From the NCBI RefSeq assembly GCF_000143415.4, contig NW_003314264.1:3647229-3711228 (forward strand): a stretch of 64,000 nucleotides of DNA, in the 5' to 3' direction. The position numbers and the translations under genes are program-made. Origin of the DNA: Selaginella moellendorffii. Its lineage: Eukaryota > Plantae > Lycopodiophyta. Shown here one piece after another: positions 1 to 13,570 of the stretch. The stretch's first letter is position 1. Each line of letters opens with the position of its first letter. The notes beneath the pieces are model-generated. The model worked only from the letters and a program-made list of their open reading frames with translations. It had not been told where the DNA came from and ran no database searches.

Positions 1-465
1 GAGTAAGTTACCGCGGCAATGCTGACTCCGTGAGAAAATGCGAGGACAACAGTTGGTTTACCACTGTTTTGCGAAGACTTTCGAGCACGGGGCCAATGGG
101 GAGGCCTCCACAATCCATCGTGGGAAGGAAGAAGGCAGCGTTTCAAGCGAGAGTGGATCGAAAAAACCTGCGAGTCAATGGTGGCAGCAGCAGCAGCCAC
201 ACAGACGCTAGATTCAAGGCCCGGAATTATTACAATAGTGCCACCTTTTGGAAGAAAAAAAGAAAAGAAAAACACGAGACAAGCTTTAGCTTCTCATCAA
301 CGAAACGCATCTCATCACTCACAGCGTTAAAAAGGAGTTTTTTGCGCGCTTTCTATCCATCGCTGTAAAAGTTTGAATGCACTGGGCAAAGATCAATGAG
401 TAGAATAAGCAAGGAAGCGAAAGTTTTCTTACCGTGAAGAAGAAGAACAAGGGAAAACTTTGGTT

Positions 466-1500
466 TCACGAGAGCCTGGCGAGCATCTTAACTTGCTCGC
501 TCACAGCTGCTAGTTCCGCTTCTTTGTTGTCAAGTCGAGCTTGGAGCTTGTCATTCTCGAGCATGAGCTTTTGGACCTCGGCCTCTTTGTTTCGTTTTCC
601 AGCTTCCAGGCCGCCAACACGAGCTGTTAGCCTGAAAAGAAAGATAGAAAACACTATTACAAAAAGAGAGGATTTTTTTCTAGATATCCTTCACGCAAAG
701 CTTCCTGTGAAAATCGATATGAAAAGAGGAACAAAAGGAGATGAGCTTTACCGCTCGGAGATTCTCTCCACTTCTTCGATGCGTCTCTCCATCGATCTTA
801 TGGTCTCGCGAGCTTTTACCAGGCTATCCACGCTCGATCTTAGAATCCCAAAGTCACGCCGGACTTTGGAGAGCTCCTGCTCGTTCTCGTTGGCACGGTG
901 CCGCTGCCGCGACGTCTCCATCTCCATGTCCTCGAGCTTGACTTGCATCTCCTTTAGAATCCCGCTGGTTCCCATCGCCACCCTCTCCATCTCCTCCACG
1001 CGACACCACATCTCCTCGATCTGTATAGACTTCCTCGTCACCTCCTCCTCGCTCATCCTCGCCCGGACTCGCTCCACGTCCACCTCCGCCTCGGCTACGA
1101 TCGCCCTCTTGAGCAAAGCTTCCATGGCATCCGCGACCTGTGCCACCGCCACCGTCGTCCGCTGGACGTACTCCACCTCCCCTCGCTCGGACAAGCTTCG
1201 CAAGACGTTACTCTCGATGGCGGCCACGAGTTCGTCGCTCAATCCCCGCGCTCCTCCGGCACAATCGTTCTCGTCTGGATTCGTCGCTGCCCCTTTGAGC
1301 CAATCCGCCATTGGGACGCCCCTCTTGTCGACATAGCCCACGCCTTCTTTCTTCCGGATGCCGCACGAGGCGAAGGCGTACCTTGGAACAGCCATGACTC
1401 TGGCCTTGGATTTGAGGTACGCGAGGAGCGTCTCCACTGTGGTGGCTCGATCCTGCAGCACTTGGAGTCCCTCCATTCCCGTGGCTTTGTTTTTCACCAC
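466..1500 (-). CDS. Plant coiled-coil (myosin-heavy-chain-related) protein, last two exons; 5' end unresolved
   Basis: ORF 748..1500 (LLAYLKSKARVMAVP...SCGIRKKEGVGYVDKRG, heptad-rich) splices via GT-AG intron 751-632 in phase (CG|G) to exon 631-466 (LTARVGGLEAGKRNKEAEVQKLMLEN...stop). Confidence 0.75.
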
Positions 1501-2346
1501 TCCACCGATTCAACCGCTTACATTCTGTGGAATAAGTGTCTTTCTGCCCTAAAAATGACTTGACCAATACCTGAAGCGAGAAAGGTGGCAGCTTCCCATT
1601 TGTAAGGATTTCGTGTGTACTTATCCTGAAAGCCTGGAGAAACATTGACACATCGGTGGATTAGGCACTATTGTAAAGCATCCTTCACTCTAAACCAAAA
1701 ACAAAAATTTGTATATTAATATAAGTTATATAATTATATTATTCTGCTTAAGCAAACCTGTAGAATTTTCTTGGATATTCTAAAATATTCTAACTCATTT
1801 AGATTAATTATAATTTATAAATTTTCCTAAACACTTCCTAGTATATTCTAGTTTATTCTACCAGCTAATGGTTAATATTCAAAGATTAATCTTGTATTTG
1901 TAAATTATAAAAATATTTATAATTATAAACCTTCATTTGATCAATTAGATTAATAAATAGAAATAACACTATTATTAAGCAAACCAAAAAACTAAATTAA
2001 CACAAGTTGTCAAGATATTTCTTAAACTAAAGATATATATGAACATTAAGCTTATATTATTATTTCCAGATAATTTATAATAGTACTCATTCCTACTTAA
2101 AATAACTCTAAGATTTTTTTATTCAAACACTTTTTAAAAATATTTTCCAAGATTTATATGTTTTCTCTGCTATAGAATAGGAGACATTTTGCCTGATGTT
2201 TTCTCTTTGAAATCTCATCTATATATTCTTGCACAATTTCTTTAAATAAACATTTATATTGAGCGTCTTGTAAGGTTAACCATTCTGGGTTTTTTTGCAA
2301 AGTATACTCTTCAATTATTTCTATTTAATACAGAAAAAATCGTTTA

Positions 2347-2447
<101 letters not shown>

Positions 2448-2756
2448 GGGATATGTGTGTATTTTATTATAGATATTGACCTAACACCAAAAAAAGTCTC
2501 TATAATGTATATATATCTAGATATCTCTATATATATATAGGTGTATATAGAGTGTGAGATTTTTTATAGATATTTAAAAACTTAGTGTTATAAACGCTGA
2601 AGAGATGTATATGAAAAAACTAGTAAACTATCAACTATGAATATTTGAGATATAGAATTAGGTATCTTAATTAGGGTATCTATATATTATATTATACATA
2701 TAATATATATAATTATATGTATATTTATATATATATAAATAATATATAATAGATAT

Positions 2757-2857
2757 ATTAATTATAATACTATAACATATAGACTATCCATACAAGAATG
2801 AATGGACTAGATTCAGTCCCAAATGGATAGTCTATATGTTATAGTATTATAATTAAT
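2757..2857. repeat. Perfect 35-bp inverted repeat with 31-bp spacer
   Basis: attaattataatactataacatatagactatccat (2757-2791) is the exact reverse complement of 2823-2857. Confidence 0.9.
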
Positions 2858-2866
2858 GTATTAATA

Positions 2867-3001
2867 CATATGTGTATGTATGTGTGTGTTTTTATTTATT
2901 TTATATATATATATATATATGTATGTATATATATATATGTATGTATATATATATATGTATGTATATATATATATATGTATGTATATATATATATATGTAT
3001 G

Positions 3002-3032
<31 letters not shown>

Positions 3033-3195
3033 GTATATGTATGTATATATGTATATGTATGTATATATATATATATGTATGTATATATATATATGTATGT
3101 ATATATATATATGTATATATGTATATATATATATGTATATATGTATATATATATATATATGTATATGTATATATATATATATGTATATATATATT
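2867..3195. repeat. Compound (TA)n/(TATG)n microsatellite
   Basis: TA runs interrupted by TG; source of the spurious Y/I/M ORFs. Confidence 0.95.
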
Positions 3196-3319
3196 ATCTC
3201 CTTATTACTTCCTTTTATGTTTCTATCTTGTTTTACCCTTCTCTTTTCCAATCCCTTTGACGGCGGTTGACTCATGAAGGAGTATGTCAATCTCTTTGAA
3301 TTTGACTTATCGTTTGAGG

Positions 3320-6144
3320 TTAAGATTGCTATATGTCATCCGATTTCAACTAGGGATGCTTGTCCAATCAAGGTTCTTGTTGTCGTTAATCACTTAAAAA
3401 AATTAAGATTTTACGTGTAAACGTTAAAGAGATATTAGAAAAGAGTGTTATTCGAAAGTCACGGAGTCTTTGGGCTTGTGAACCTCATCTTATGATAAAA
3501 CTTGATAAGAGTATTCATTTTTGCATCAACTATTATTTATTAAATAAAATGATAATCCCAGATGTGTACCCTTTTCCTCACATTATTGATCTCTTGGATT
3601 GTTTAGGGGGAAGTCATTAGTTCACCAAACTAGATCTTGCTTCTGGGTATTAACAAATACCAATGGCTAAAAAAGATATTCTTAAAACTACTTTTTGTAC
3701 ATCATTTAATTTATACGAGTTTTTGGTAATGCCAATTGGTTTGAACAATGCTTCAATAATTTTCCAGCAGATGATGGATGAAGTTTTTTGTGATATGCCA
3801 GAGGTGTATATTGACTTCATTGATGATGTCTTGAATCACTCAAAGGAAATGTGGAAGGAATATGTCCATGATATTCATAAAATTATGAGAAGTTGATTTA
3901 AAACTGAAGTGGTCAAAGTGTGTGTTTGGGTCTAAATACAAGATTTATTTTAGGTACTATATTTCTCATAAGGTTTTGTAAGTTGATCCTGACAAATTTG
4001 TGGCTATTCTAAAGTTCCCTACTTTGAAGTGTGTGAATGATGTGCAACACTTCCTGAGCAAAGTGCAGTATCTTGGTTATTTTTTAGATTATTTTTTTTA
4101 TCACACTACATTTGTTGTGAGTGTTGCTAAAGTTATCAACATCATCTTTCATTTGATCTATAGACTGTGAGCGGGCCTTCATAAATTTTAGAGAGCTATT
4201 GATGACTCATTTGGTTTTAGTATATCTTGACTACATTCAATCTTTTATTTTGCGTGTGGATGTTTTTGATATTGATTTTTGAGGTGTGTTGATGCAAGAG
4301 AGCCTGAATGTGCTTGGTCAATGCCATCTCATTGTATATATAAGTTGTACATTACAACCACCAAAGGTGAATTTCTCCACGATAAAGAAGGAGTGTTTAG
4401 TAGTAGTCTGGGGTTTTGATAAATTTCATGTATATCTACATGATTTTTGAACATTACTAAAAGGTGATCATGTTGATGTTACTTCATTATTGAGGTGGAA
4501 GAACTTGATTAGTCATACTGCTTAATAGGCTTTAAAGTTTTAGATATATGATTTTGATATTTTTCATTACTCAAGGAGTTTTATGGCTAATGTTAATGCC
4601 CTTTTTTCGAGTTTTTATTCCTTCTTCACTCTCTTCTCATGTTTTTGATAAACCTGTTATTCCAACAGTTATACATTTTCTAAATGAAGATTTTGTGCCA
4701 TCGCCAGTTACTGTACTTGACGTTTAGTATCTACAAGGTGTAAAACAAGATTTATTTTCTCTTGATAAGGTTCATGAGGCTCAAAAGATTGAGCTATGGA
4801 TTTGAAGGTTTTGAGATGGGTTTAAGAATTTTGCATCACTTGTTAATGATTTGCCATTCTGGCATTTACATTATCAATATTGCCTTGAAAATGGCTTTTT
4901 TTTAATTTTGTGGGGACGGATCCTAATAATCATTTATGGCTGGTGGTGCCTTCAATTTTTATTTCACAGTTTTTCCATGTTTACCATGATTCTCCTATTC
5001 TAGATGGGCATATAGGGCATTGTCATATGACCAAGAAGCTATGCAAGTTTTTCTATTGCCCGAAGATACAATATAATGTTATCCAGTATGTGTATAATTA
5101 CGTTTGATGCCAAACTCGTAATATTCCCCCTTGTGTTGTGGAAGGATCGGTTGGAGTCAATTGTAATTTTCCGTTCATTTGAGTTAGTGGCATTTGATCT
5201 TATGGGACCTTTTTCACGATCGACTATTGACAATGAGTATATTATTATTTTTTCTGACTACTTGATTTACTGGTTGGAAGTTAGTGCTCTTGTTAGTGCA
5301 TTTGCAATTACTGTTGGATATTTCCTCCTCAATCAAGTAGTGTTTCATCATTCTTGTTTGGAGCGGATTCTTTCAAATAATGGTTCTGCATTTATGATTG
5401 AGGCATTTCATGTTTTGACGTCTCGGTTGGGGATACGCCACACAAGTGTTTATCATCCACAGTCAGATAATTTGGTGGAATATCTCATTCAGATATTCAA
5501 AAGGATGATTATGAAGTACATGAACTTTTAACATTTAGATTGGGATGGTTATTTGTTATGTTTTCAATATGTATATGTCACAGAGGTGCAGAGTTATATT
5601 GATGTTTCACCATATAAACTCCTATATGGTCATGATCCAATATTACCAACAGAGCTAAGTTTACTTTTGTGATTGCTATGAATTGTCAATACTAGATCGT
5701 GGGATTAGTATTTGATGAATATTCTTCCACTTGTCCGAGTAGAGCTTGCCAAACACCTAGGCCTATACAAGTGGGACAACAATGGCACTACAACTTTTAT
5801 CATCATCCACTTGCGGAGTACAAAGTGGATGACTTAGTGTTAGTTTATTTTCTCTATCTTAGGTACGTGGTTTATCTAAAGGGCTCCTTGCTCAATCGAA
5901 AGGTCTATATCAAGTGTTATAGCAAGTTGGACCACAAGTTTATAAGGTTTGGCATAACATCCAGCAAACCGATCCTTCAAAAATTATACATATGCAACAA
6001 CTGAAACACTTTATACAAAAGGGATAAAAAATAATTGACACCACCTACAAATCCACTAATACCTCATTTTGATGTTCCTCCAGATTTTGGCCCATCCACA
6101 AGAGAACTCTAATAGCCTTCTATCATTCCGAGTGGAAGGGATAA
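3320..6144 (+). mobile_element. Degenerate Ty3/gypsy pol (RT-RNaseH-integrase)
   Basis: FTKLDLASGY*QIPM..KTTF...YEFLVMPIGLNNA...FIDDVL (RT); GHIG (zinc finger); VAFDLMGPF...TSVYHPQSDNLVE (integrase). Many stops and frameshifts; purine tract at ~6130-6144. Confidence 0.9.
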
Positions 6145-9100
6145 TGTGAGGTCCAAGTGTATAACTATGATGCCGTATACTAATATTAACATAGTGGGAT
6201 TTTGGTAGCCATCGAATTGGTTTTAATTCGAACCACTCGCTCCTATATATAAGTTAAGGTTTTTGGGTTAATTGATATGCACATTTTTTGTATTCCCTTT
6301 TCATATTCCATGCACTCACAATATTATATATATATATAACTTTTGATACCTACAGTCATATTCCTGATACTCTTACCCCCTTAGGGAAGATAAACATCCT
6401 CATCAATGCATACTCTAGTCTAAAACACCGCCAAGGAAACAACTCCAAAAAAAGTTCACAGTATTCACACTTTGTGAAAAATGCATTAATTTAAATGAGT
6501 TAGAAGGCAACTTTTTTCTCTAACACAAATGCACTATCAACTCAAACACCTTTTAGTCATTGCCAACAAGGAAATGACTAATGAATTTAACCACCCTTGC
6601 TACTTTGAGTGTCACCTTGCTTACAAAAGTGTGATATACCCTTGCCTAGAAGGATATAGAGAGAGAAGCTAGAGGCCCTAACCCTCATAAGTAAAGAAAT
6701 CAAACATGTTAGTAAGGTTTAAATAAACTATTGTAAATAGGTAGGTAGAGTTGTTTATACAGTTATGCTTATTTTAAATGAAATAAGGAACATTGAGAAA
6801 AAGGCAAATGATGTGACCAATCAACAGTAACTACTCTATAATTAAAGATTTTACCATGCACATAAAGTGCCGAAGCCAATTTACCTTTACTGGCCCAAAT
6901 CTAAAGATCAAGAGATGGATAATATCAAAGTCATAAACAATGATATTTTAGAAACTTAATTATCAGTGAATAAATATTAGATTACAACATAAAAGTATTC
7001 CAAGTAAGTTAACATCCATTAAACTAGTATTAAAGTATAAGAACCACCAAAATCATCATAAGTGGAAAACATAGGATTCACCATCTAATAAAATTCAATA
7101 GTAAGTGTTCTATCAAGAACACTTAATGATAGAAATTAATTATCAAAAATTGCAGATAGTATGCCATAAAACTTACAAAAGATAATTTAAAAAACACAAA
7201 GTATTATTGACTATCAAGTAAAATACTCGCAAATGTATCATTTGAGAAATAATATCCAAATCTATCAGAACTAACTTGAGTCACAATCAATAGAACAAAA
7301 TACATTTTGCAAAAAAAACAAACACTTGTTCATGCTAACCATCACACTGACTAATTTAAATAAATCTTAGTCAAAAATAGTAAAGGAACTTGAGTTGCTT
7401 AAACAGGTGTTAGCAACATCCTACGAATGTCTCAAACCCAAGAGACCAATCTAGAGCAGACCACAAAAAACATATGGTATTGCGAAAAGCTAAAAAAAAC
7501 ACTAATTATCATGAAAAATCATCAATCATTATATCAATAAAAAGATGTAGAATCATCATTAAGGAAAGAATCCACTATCCCAAAGAATAACAAATTATTC
7601 TATATCAACAATAATCAAACAAAATCTTTTGAAAAGGATAATCAACTATCTTAGATGATAGTCAATCATCACTAATAATTGTTAGATGTAAATACTAACT
7701 TCAACATTAAAGCTAATAAGCCAAAATGCCTTCCCTAACAACTCATAACAAATGGAACAATGAGTATAAAAACTGAAGGAATAAAAAGCTCAAAAAACTT
7801 TATAGTGAAGTCTTGCTTAATAATGATCACAAGTTTTGTATGAACTAATATCAATACAAAAAAAAATAAATCATAGTATAACCCACAATAACCTCTCTAA
7901 TACATCCATAAGATAACTTTATAATGCCAAAACTAATAAAGAACATATCTGCATTAATCCAAAAGTTAAACACAATGAAGTTATGCTCAGCAAATAATCA
8001 CTGAATGATCCTCCATGAATCCATCTTTTATAGCAAGACATAACTCACTTCATAACAAGCACAAGAAAAATCATTAATGATCGATATATCCCCAACTTAA
8101 ATCCAACAAGGATTCAAACATTTCAATCTTGATCATTAACTTTTCATCTTATAGTCCATGACTAAATCACTTTTCAAGGAAAAACTAAAGCTCAACTCTT
8201 ACTTGATGTTTAAATGAACTGAGTGGCAAGTTGAGTTAATTGTGTTCTAGATGAGATTTTTTGCTAACTAACAAATGCATGATTGCTAATAACACAAAGC
8301 TATAGCCAAATTATCAACATTATCTACATCAAGACTAATGAAATTCAATATCAATCCTATAGAAAGATATCTTATTTCACTTGAATCTCAATATTAATAA
8401 TGTCAATGATAGGGCATCACTTCAATGCCCTCAACACTATAACATAATTAAAAGAAAACAAGAGTGAACCATTATTCAAACTCTTTAGCAACCAAGCTAA
8501 TTAAAGTCAAAGATACTTTAGTTAGTATCTAAGACCAATCTTTCAACAATACACAATTATAAATAACACATAATCAAGGAGTGATTCACCATTCAATAAA
8601 ATCTAACACTACAAACTAAATGCAACCAAATGATATAAATAGAGGTAGAGTCAACATGCTAATATAGAAAAACCATGTAAATTTAACAACACGATGCTCT
8701 GCAACACCATTCGGTAAAGTTAGCCTATCACTGCTAAATCTTCATCAAGCAAAGCAAATATCAACAGTCTTCGACGAAATCTACCAATAATCACTAGTTA
8801 TAAACCAACTAATAAACACTCTTTTAGCTTGCTTTTATAAGACCCAAACACTAAACTTATACTAGTGAGTAAAATACTTGTCCAACGGAAAAAGTACACT
8901 CTAGGTACCATATATAGGAACATGGAAAAGCACAAACCAAATGATTACTCAAATCCAATCGAACTGTAATAAACTCACCCTCTATAATCGGCTTCACTCT
9001 TGTAGCATATATGGTTTTCACCTTTTATCTTATGGTGATTTACCATAGGATAACCACGAAGTGGAACTTAAACCCTCAATGTACCACATGTTAAATACCA

Positions 9101-10236
9101 TGTGCCACATGCCCACATATCCAAGGATAGCGGAGTGGAATCCAAGTTTCAAGACCTTGAGCTACTAAATAAAGGAACGAAGCTAAACTCCTAAGCATGG
9201 AGTCAAGGAGCAAAGGAATTAGAGTATGGAGCAACTTTTGAGAGTATAGCCCAAAGAGCAAAGGAACATGAGCACGAAGTGACTTAGAATAATCCTAGAG
9301 CATCTAACATTCCAATGCCAAAACTAACACAGAAAATGGAGCTAAACAGAGGTTGATGATCTAACGCGAGGATATAGGTACTCCACTAGATAGTATGGTG
9401 TGGAATTTGAGCTTAAACCCAAACTAGACTGTAGCGCATGTGGTTTTGACCCTTTATCCTATAGTGATTTACCATAGGATAACACCACGAAGCGGAACTT
9501 AAACCCTCTTTATGCCACATGACACATGCCACGTGTCCAAAAGACAGTGGTGTGGAACCTGAGGTTTAGGGCCTTGGGCCACTGAACGAAAGAACAGTGC
9601 CAAACTCCCATGTATGGAACCAAAGAGTGACGAAACCGAACCCCAAAGCAACTCCCAAGCATATAGCCCAAGGAGCGAAGAGATAAAAGCCCGAAGCGAC
9701 TTGGAACAGTCCTAGAGCAACCAGCATCCCAATGCTAGGACCTGTCAGGAATCCCCCAATTCCCCCAATTCTTGCCACATTCCTGACTCTCGCCAGATTC
9801 CTGACCTGCAGACCACATTCCTGATTCTCGAGACACTTCCCTATTCCTGACTCTCGAGACACTTCCCTATTCCTGACTCTCTGATTTCCTGTACGATTCC
9901 TAAGTCTCGAGCCACATTCCTAATATTGATGTGGCGCCTCCTTGACCTCAACTATATTTAGGCCGTCCTCGATCCAAGAGTGATGGAGCTTCATCAACCT
10001 ATAGTATATATATGTTAACCTTGTTCCATTTCTCCACAATCTGAATCAACGCCAGTCTAAGGCCTCTTCTTTGTTTCCACTAGCTTTTCTCTTTGTCTTT
10101 TGCATTTTCCAATCTTGATATTGTTGGGGGTCTCGACAATTTGATTCAGATTGTGCTTTTTGCTTTTGCTTTAGCTCGTTTCAATTGTTTGATTGCCTTT
10201 GTCTTTTTCCCCCCTTTTTTTTCTTTCTTCTTGCCG

Positions 10237-11207
10237 ATGGAGTCTCCAAGCCATCCTGATTTCTTTGCCGAAGTCCTTGCAAAAATCTAGTCTGAGAATA
10301 CCGAGCTGAAGGCGACCCTTCTTCGCATGCAGCAGGAACTTTCTTCACTTTCGGCTCAAGGATCCAGCAAAGTTCCTGAACCGAAGGTGAGTTTCCTGGC
10401 AAAATTTTCAGGCAAGCGTTCGGAGCTTCGTGGATTTCTGAATTAAATGGAGCTGATCTTTGCACTTTAACATCGGCGGTACCCCACTCCCGAGTCTCAA
10501 ATCGGCGCGATTGGGACGTTGCTCAAAAGTGCAGCTTTGTCATGGTTTTCTCCTCTTCTGGAGAAGAGCATGAAAGGGGTCGTGATTCTGGAGCTGATGG
10601 ATCTTCAATTGTTCAAAGAGAAGCTCGAAGCATGTTTTGGCGAGACGGATCGAGTTCGGGCTGCTACCACAAAGATGAGATGTCTCTCTCAGGGGTCTCG
10701 TCTTGCCTCGATCTACGCTGCAGAGTTCCAACTCCTTGCCTTGGACACTCAGTGGGATGAGCGGGCCCTGATTGACCAATTTCATTTCGGCCTCAACAAT
10801 GGTGTCCAGGATTTGTTGCTCACCATGGAGGATCCCAAGGATCTGTCGGATGCCATCAACAAAGCTGTTCAATGTGACAATCGTCTCTTTGAATGTCGTC
10901 AGGAAAGTCGCCACGCCGCTATTTTTTCATCCCAGACTTAGGAATCCCAGCTTGAGTCTTCGGGGCATACTCCTGAACCTACTGCTCTGGTCCCGATGGA
11001 TATTTCGGTACTCCCCGACTCATTAGAGGGAAGTTGAGTCCTGCTGAGAAGCAACATCGAATATCTCATAATCTTTGCCTCTACTGTACTGATCCTAATC
11101 ACAAAGTAGCTGTGTGTCCCAAGAAGCCTCCCCGACTACTCGAGTTCACTTTGCCTCAAAGTCCACCTCTGTTGCAGTCGGGAAACGACCCTGTCCAAAC
11201 AGAGTAG
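10237..11207 (+). pseudogene. gag: gag of element B (Retrotrans_gag + CCHC knuckle), with stops
   Basis: PEPKVS.PGKFSG; ASIYAAEFQLLALDTQWDERALIDQFHFGL; LCLYCTDPNHKVAVCP. Confidence 0.85.
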
Positions 11208-13570
11208 GAGCTATCTGTTAGGACTCCCCGAATAAAAATCACTTTTCTTCTTTATCAAGCTCCTCACCACCTTTCATCAAAGCCACCACCAATTCCCGCA
11301 ACTTCCGTGTCCCATGTCTCCTTTCTTTCACCGGACAATCAGGATTCAAGGCTCTGGCGCTATTGGACTCGGGTGCAACTTCCTGCTTCATGGACACGGA
11401 CTTTGCTGCCCAACATCACGTTCCTCTTTCTCCTACCATACGGGATCTGAGGGTTGAAGGCATCGGCGGGCATTTTGTGTCTCCATCTTCTGGACTTAGG
11501 GAAACGTTGCCCGTTCGAGTACACATCGGGTCCACCATCATCAATATCGCCTTCAACACCATCAACAGCAAGTCCTCCTCTGTGGTGCTCGGTCTTCCTT
11601 GATTCCAACTACATCAGCCTTAGATTTGTTGGAAGGAATTACAGCTCATCTCTCCCACATCACCATCTCCCACAGCTTCCCCTGCTGTTCATCGAGTCTG
11701 AATCAGGAAAAGTTCCCTAAACTCAAATCGGGGTTCTGTTCCTGACTCTACGAAGTTTTCACCCTCTTCTTTTTCCTCTCTTCCATCTCTTCCTCCTTTA
11801 AGCCGTTGTCAAGCAAGGTGGGCACAATTCTTGAGTCGGTTTGACTTTGTTATCAAGTACAGACCTGGAAAGCTTCAAGGCCTTCCTGATGCTCTTTCAA
11901 GGCGCTCCTATCTCAGTCTCAGGCTTGGTAATCCTGCCTTCGATCAACAGGATCAAGTTATCCTCGGTCCTGATCGGCTTCAAGTTATAGCAATTTCCCT
12001 AGCCCCTTAGGACTCCTCCTTGATGGATGCAATCAGAAACAATCTTCAATCCGATGATCTTGCCAGCGACATTTTCCCCCATCTTTAGGCTGGACACTCA
12101 GTGACTCCCGACTGCCGGCAATTTGATGAGTTTGAGTTCTTAGATGGCTTATTATACCGTGGGGAGCAGCTTTACGTTCCTGAAGGTGATGCTCGAAGGT
12201 TGGTCTTGATGGCATGCCACGATAGCCCGACTCCTGGTCACTTCGGCATTGCGAAAACCTATGAGCTAGTTGCACGGGACTTTTGGTGGCCTCACATGGA
12301 CGACTACATCAAAGCTTTTGTTACCTCCTGTGACACTTGCGCCTAGAATAAGGTACCTCGCCACCTTCCTTCAGGTTTGCTTCGTTCCCTTCTGGTCCCT
12401 TCAGGTCCTTGGGAATCCATCTCCATAGATTTCTTGAGTGATCTTCCAAGTTCTGAAGACTTCAATAGCATTTTAGTCGTGGTGGATTGCTTCACAAAGA
12501 TGGCGCACTTCTTGCCATGTACCAAGGAGTTTTCGGGTGAGGACATGGCAAAACTGGTATTCAGGGAAATTTTCCGACTTCATGGGATTCCTACAGATGT
12601 GGTTTCAGATCGGGGGCCTCAGTTCATCTCTCATTTCTGGAAACAGTTTTTGCAGGTACTTGGAGTGAAGGCTAACCTCTCTTCGGCGTATCATCCTCAA
12701 ACTGATGGGTAGTCCGAGCGAACGATTGAGATGTTGGAACAATTCTTGAGGTGCTTCATCAACTATCATCAGGATAACTGGTTCGATATCCTTCCCCTTG
12801 CTGAGTTCTCCTATAACAACTCTGTTCACTCCTCTCTTCAAATTTGCCCCTTCTTTGCAAACTCTGGCCAAAATCCCCGATTTAATCTCTCACTTCCTTC
12901 TCCATCCGAATCCTCTCATTCAAATCCCCGTTCTGAGGCATTTGTCTCCAACTTCTAGGAAATCCACAACTCCATCTCCTTCCACCTCCATCGTGCTCAG
13001 GAATCTCACAAAACATTTGCCAATGTCCATCGTCAGGATTGTCCTCCTTACAATATCGGGGATAAAGTCTGGTTCCTCAGGGAAAATATCTCCACCACTA
13101 GGCCCTGTCTAAAACTTGATTTCAAACACCTCGGTCCTTTCCCTATCACTGCCATCATTAATCTTGTCACTTATCGCTTTGCACTTCCCTCCTCATATCA
13201 AATTCACCCCGTTTTTCACTCCTCTCTCCTTGAGCCTTATATTCCCAGTCCTATTCCCAATCGGGTCATTCCTCCACCTCCACCAGTGCAGCTTGAGGAT
13301 GGGTCTAAGTATGAGGTTCAGGACATCTTTGATTCCAAGATTTCACGGTCTAAACTCTACTATCTGGTCGATTGGAAGGGTTATGGACCTGAAGAACGCA
13401 CTTGGGAACCTGCGGACAACTTGATTCATTCTCCTGACCTTGTTCAGGACTTCCACCGCCGCTATCCTTCTCGTCCCAGTCCTCATTCTTTTTCTCCATC
13501 TCCCATCCCTCGCCACTCATCTCATCGTCCTCGTCATTCTCATTCACATCCTCATTCCACTCGTTCTTGA
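11180..13570 (+). pseudogene. pol: pol remnant of element B: protease, RNase H tail, integrase, chromodomain
   Basis: ALLDSGATSCF; QARWAQFLSRFDFVIKYRPGK...DALSR; CHDSPTPGHFG; WESISIDF...VSDRGPQF...SSAYHPQTDG; YEVQDIFDS...YYLVDWKGYGPEERTWEPADNL. Confidence 0.9.

Noticed and set aside
434-1336. 300-aa plus-strand ORF and similar overlapping ORFs at 48897, 51252, 51509, 52445
   Set aside because: Antisense or alternative-frame shadows of GC-rich real genes.
2870-3290. Y/I/M-rich ORFs
   Set aside because: Translations of a TA/TG microsatellite.
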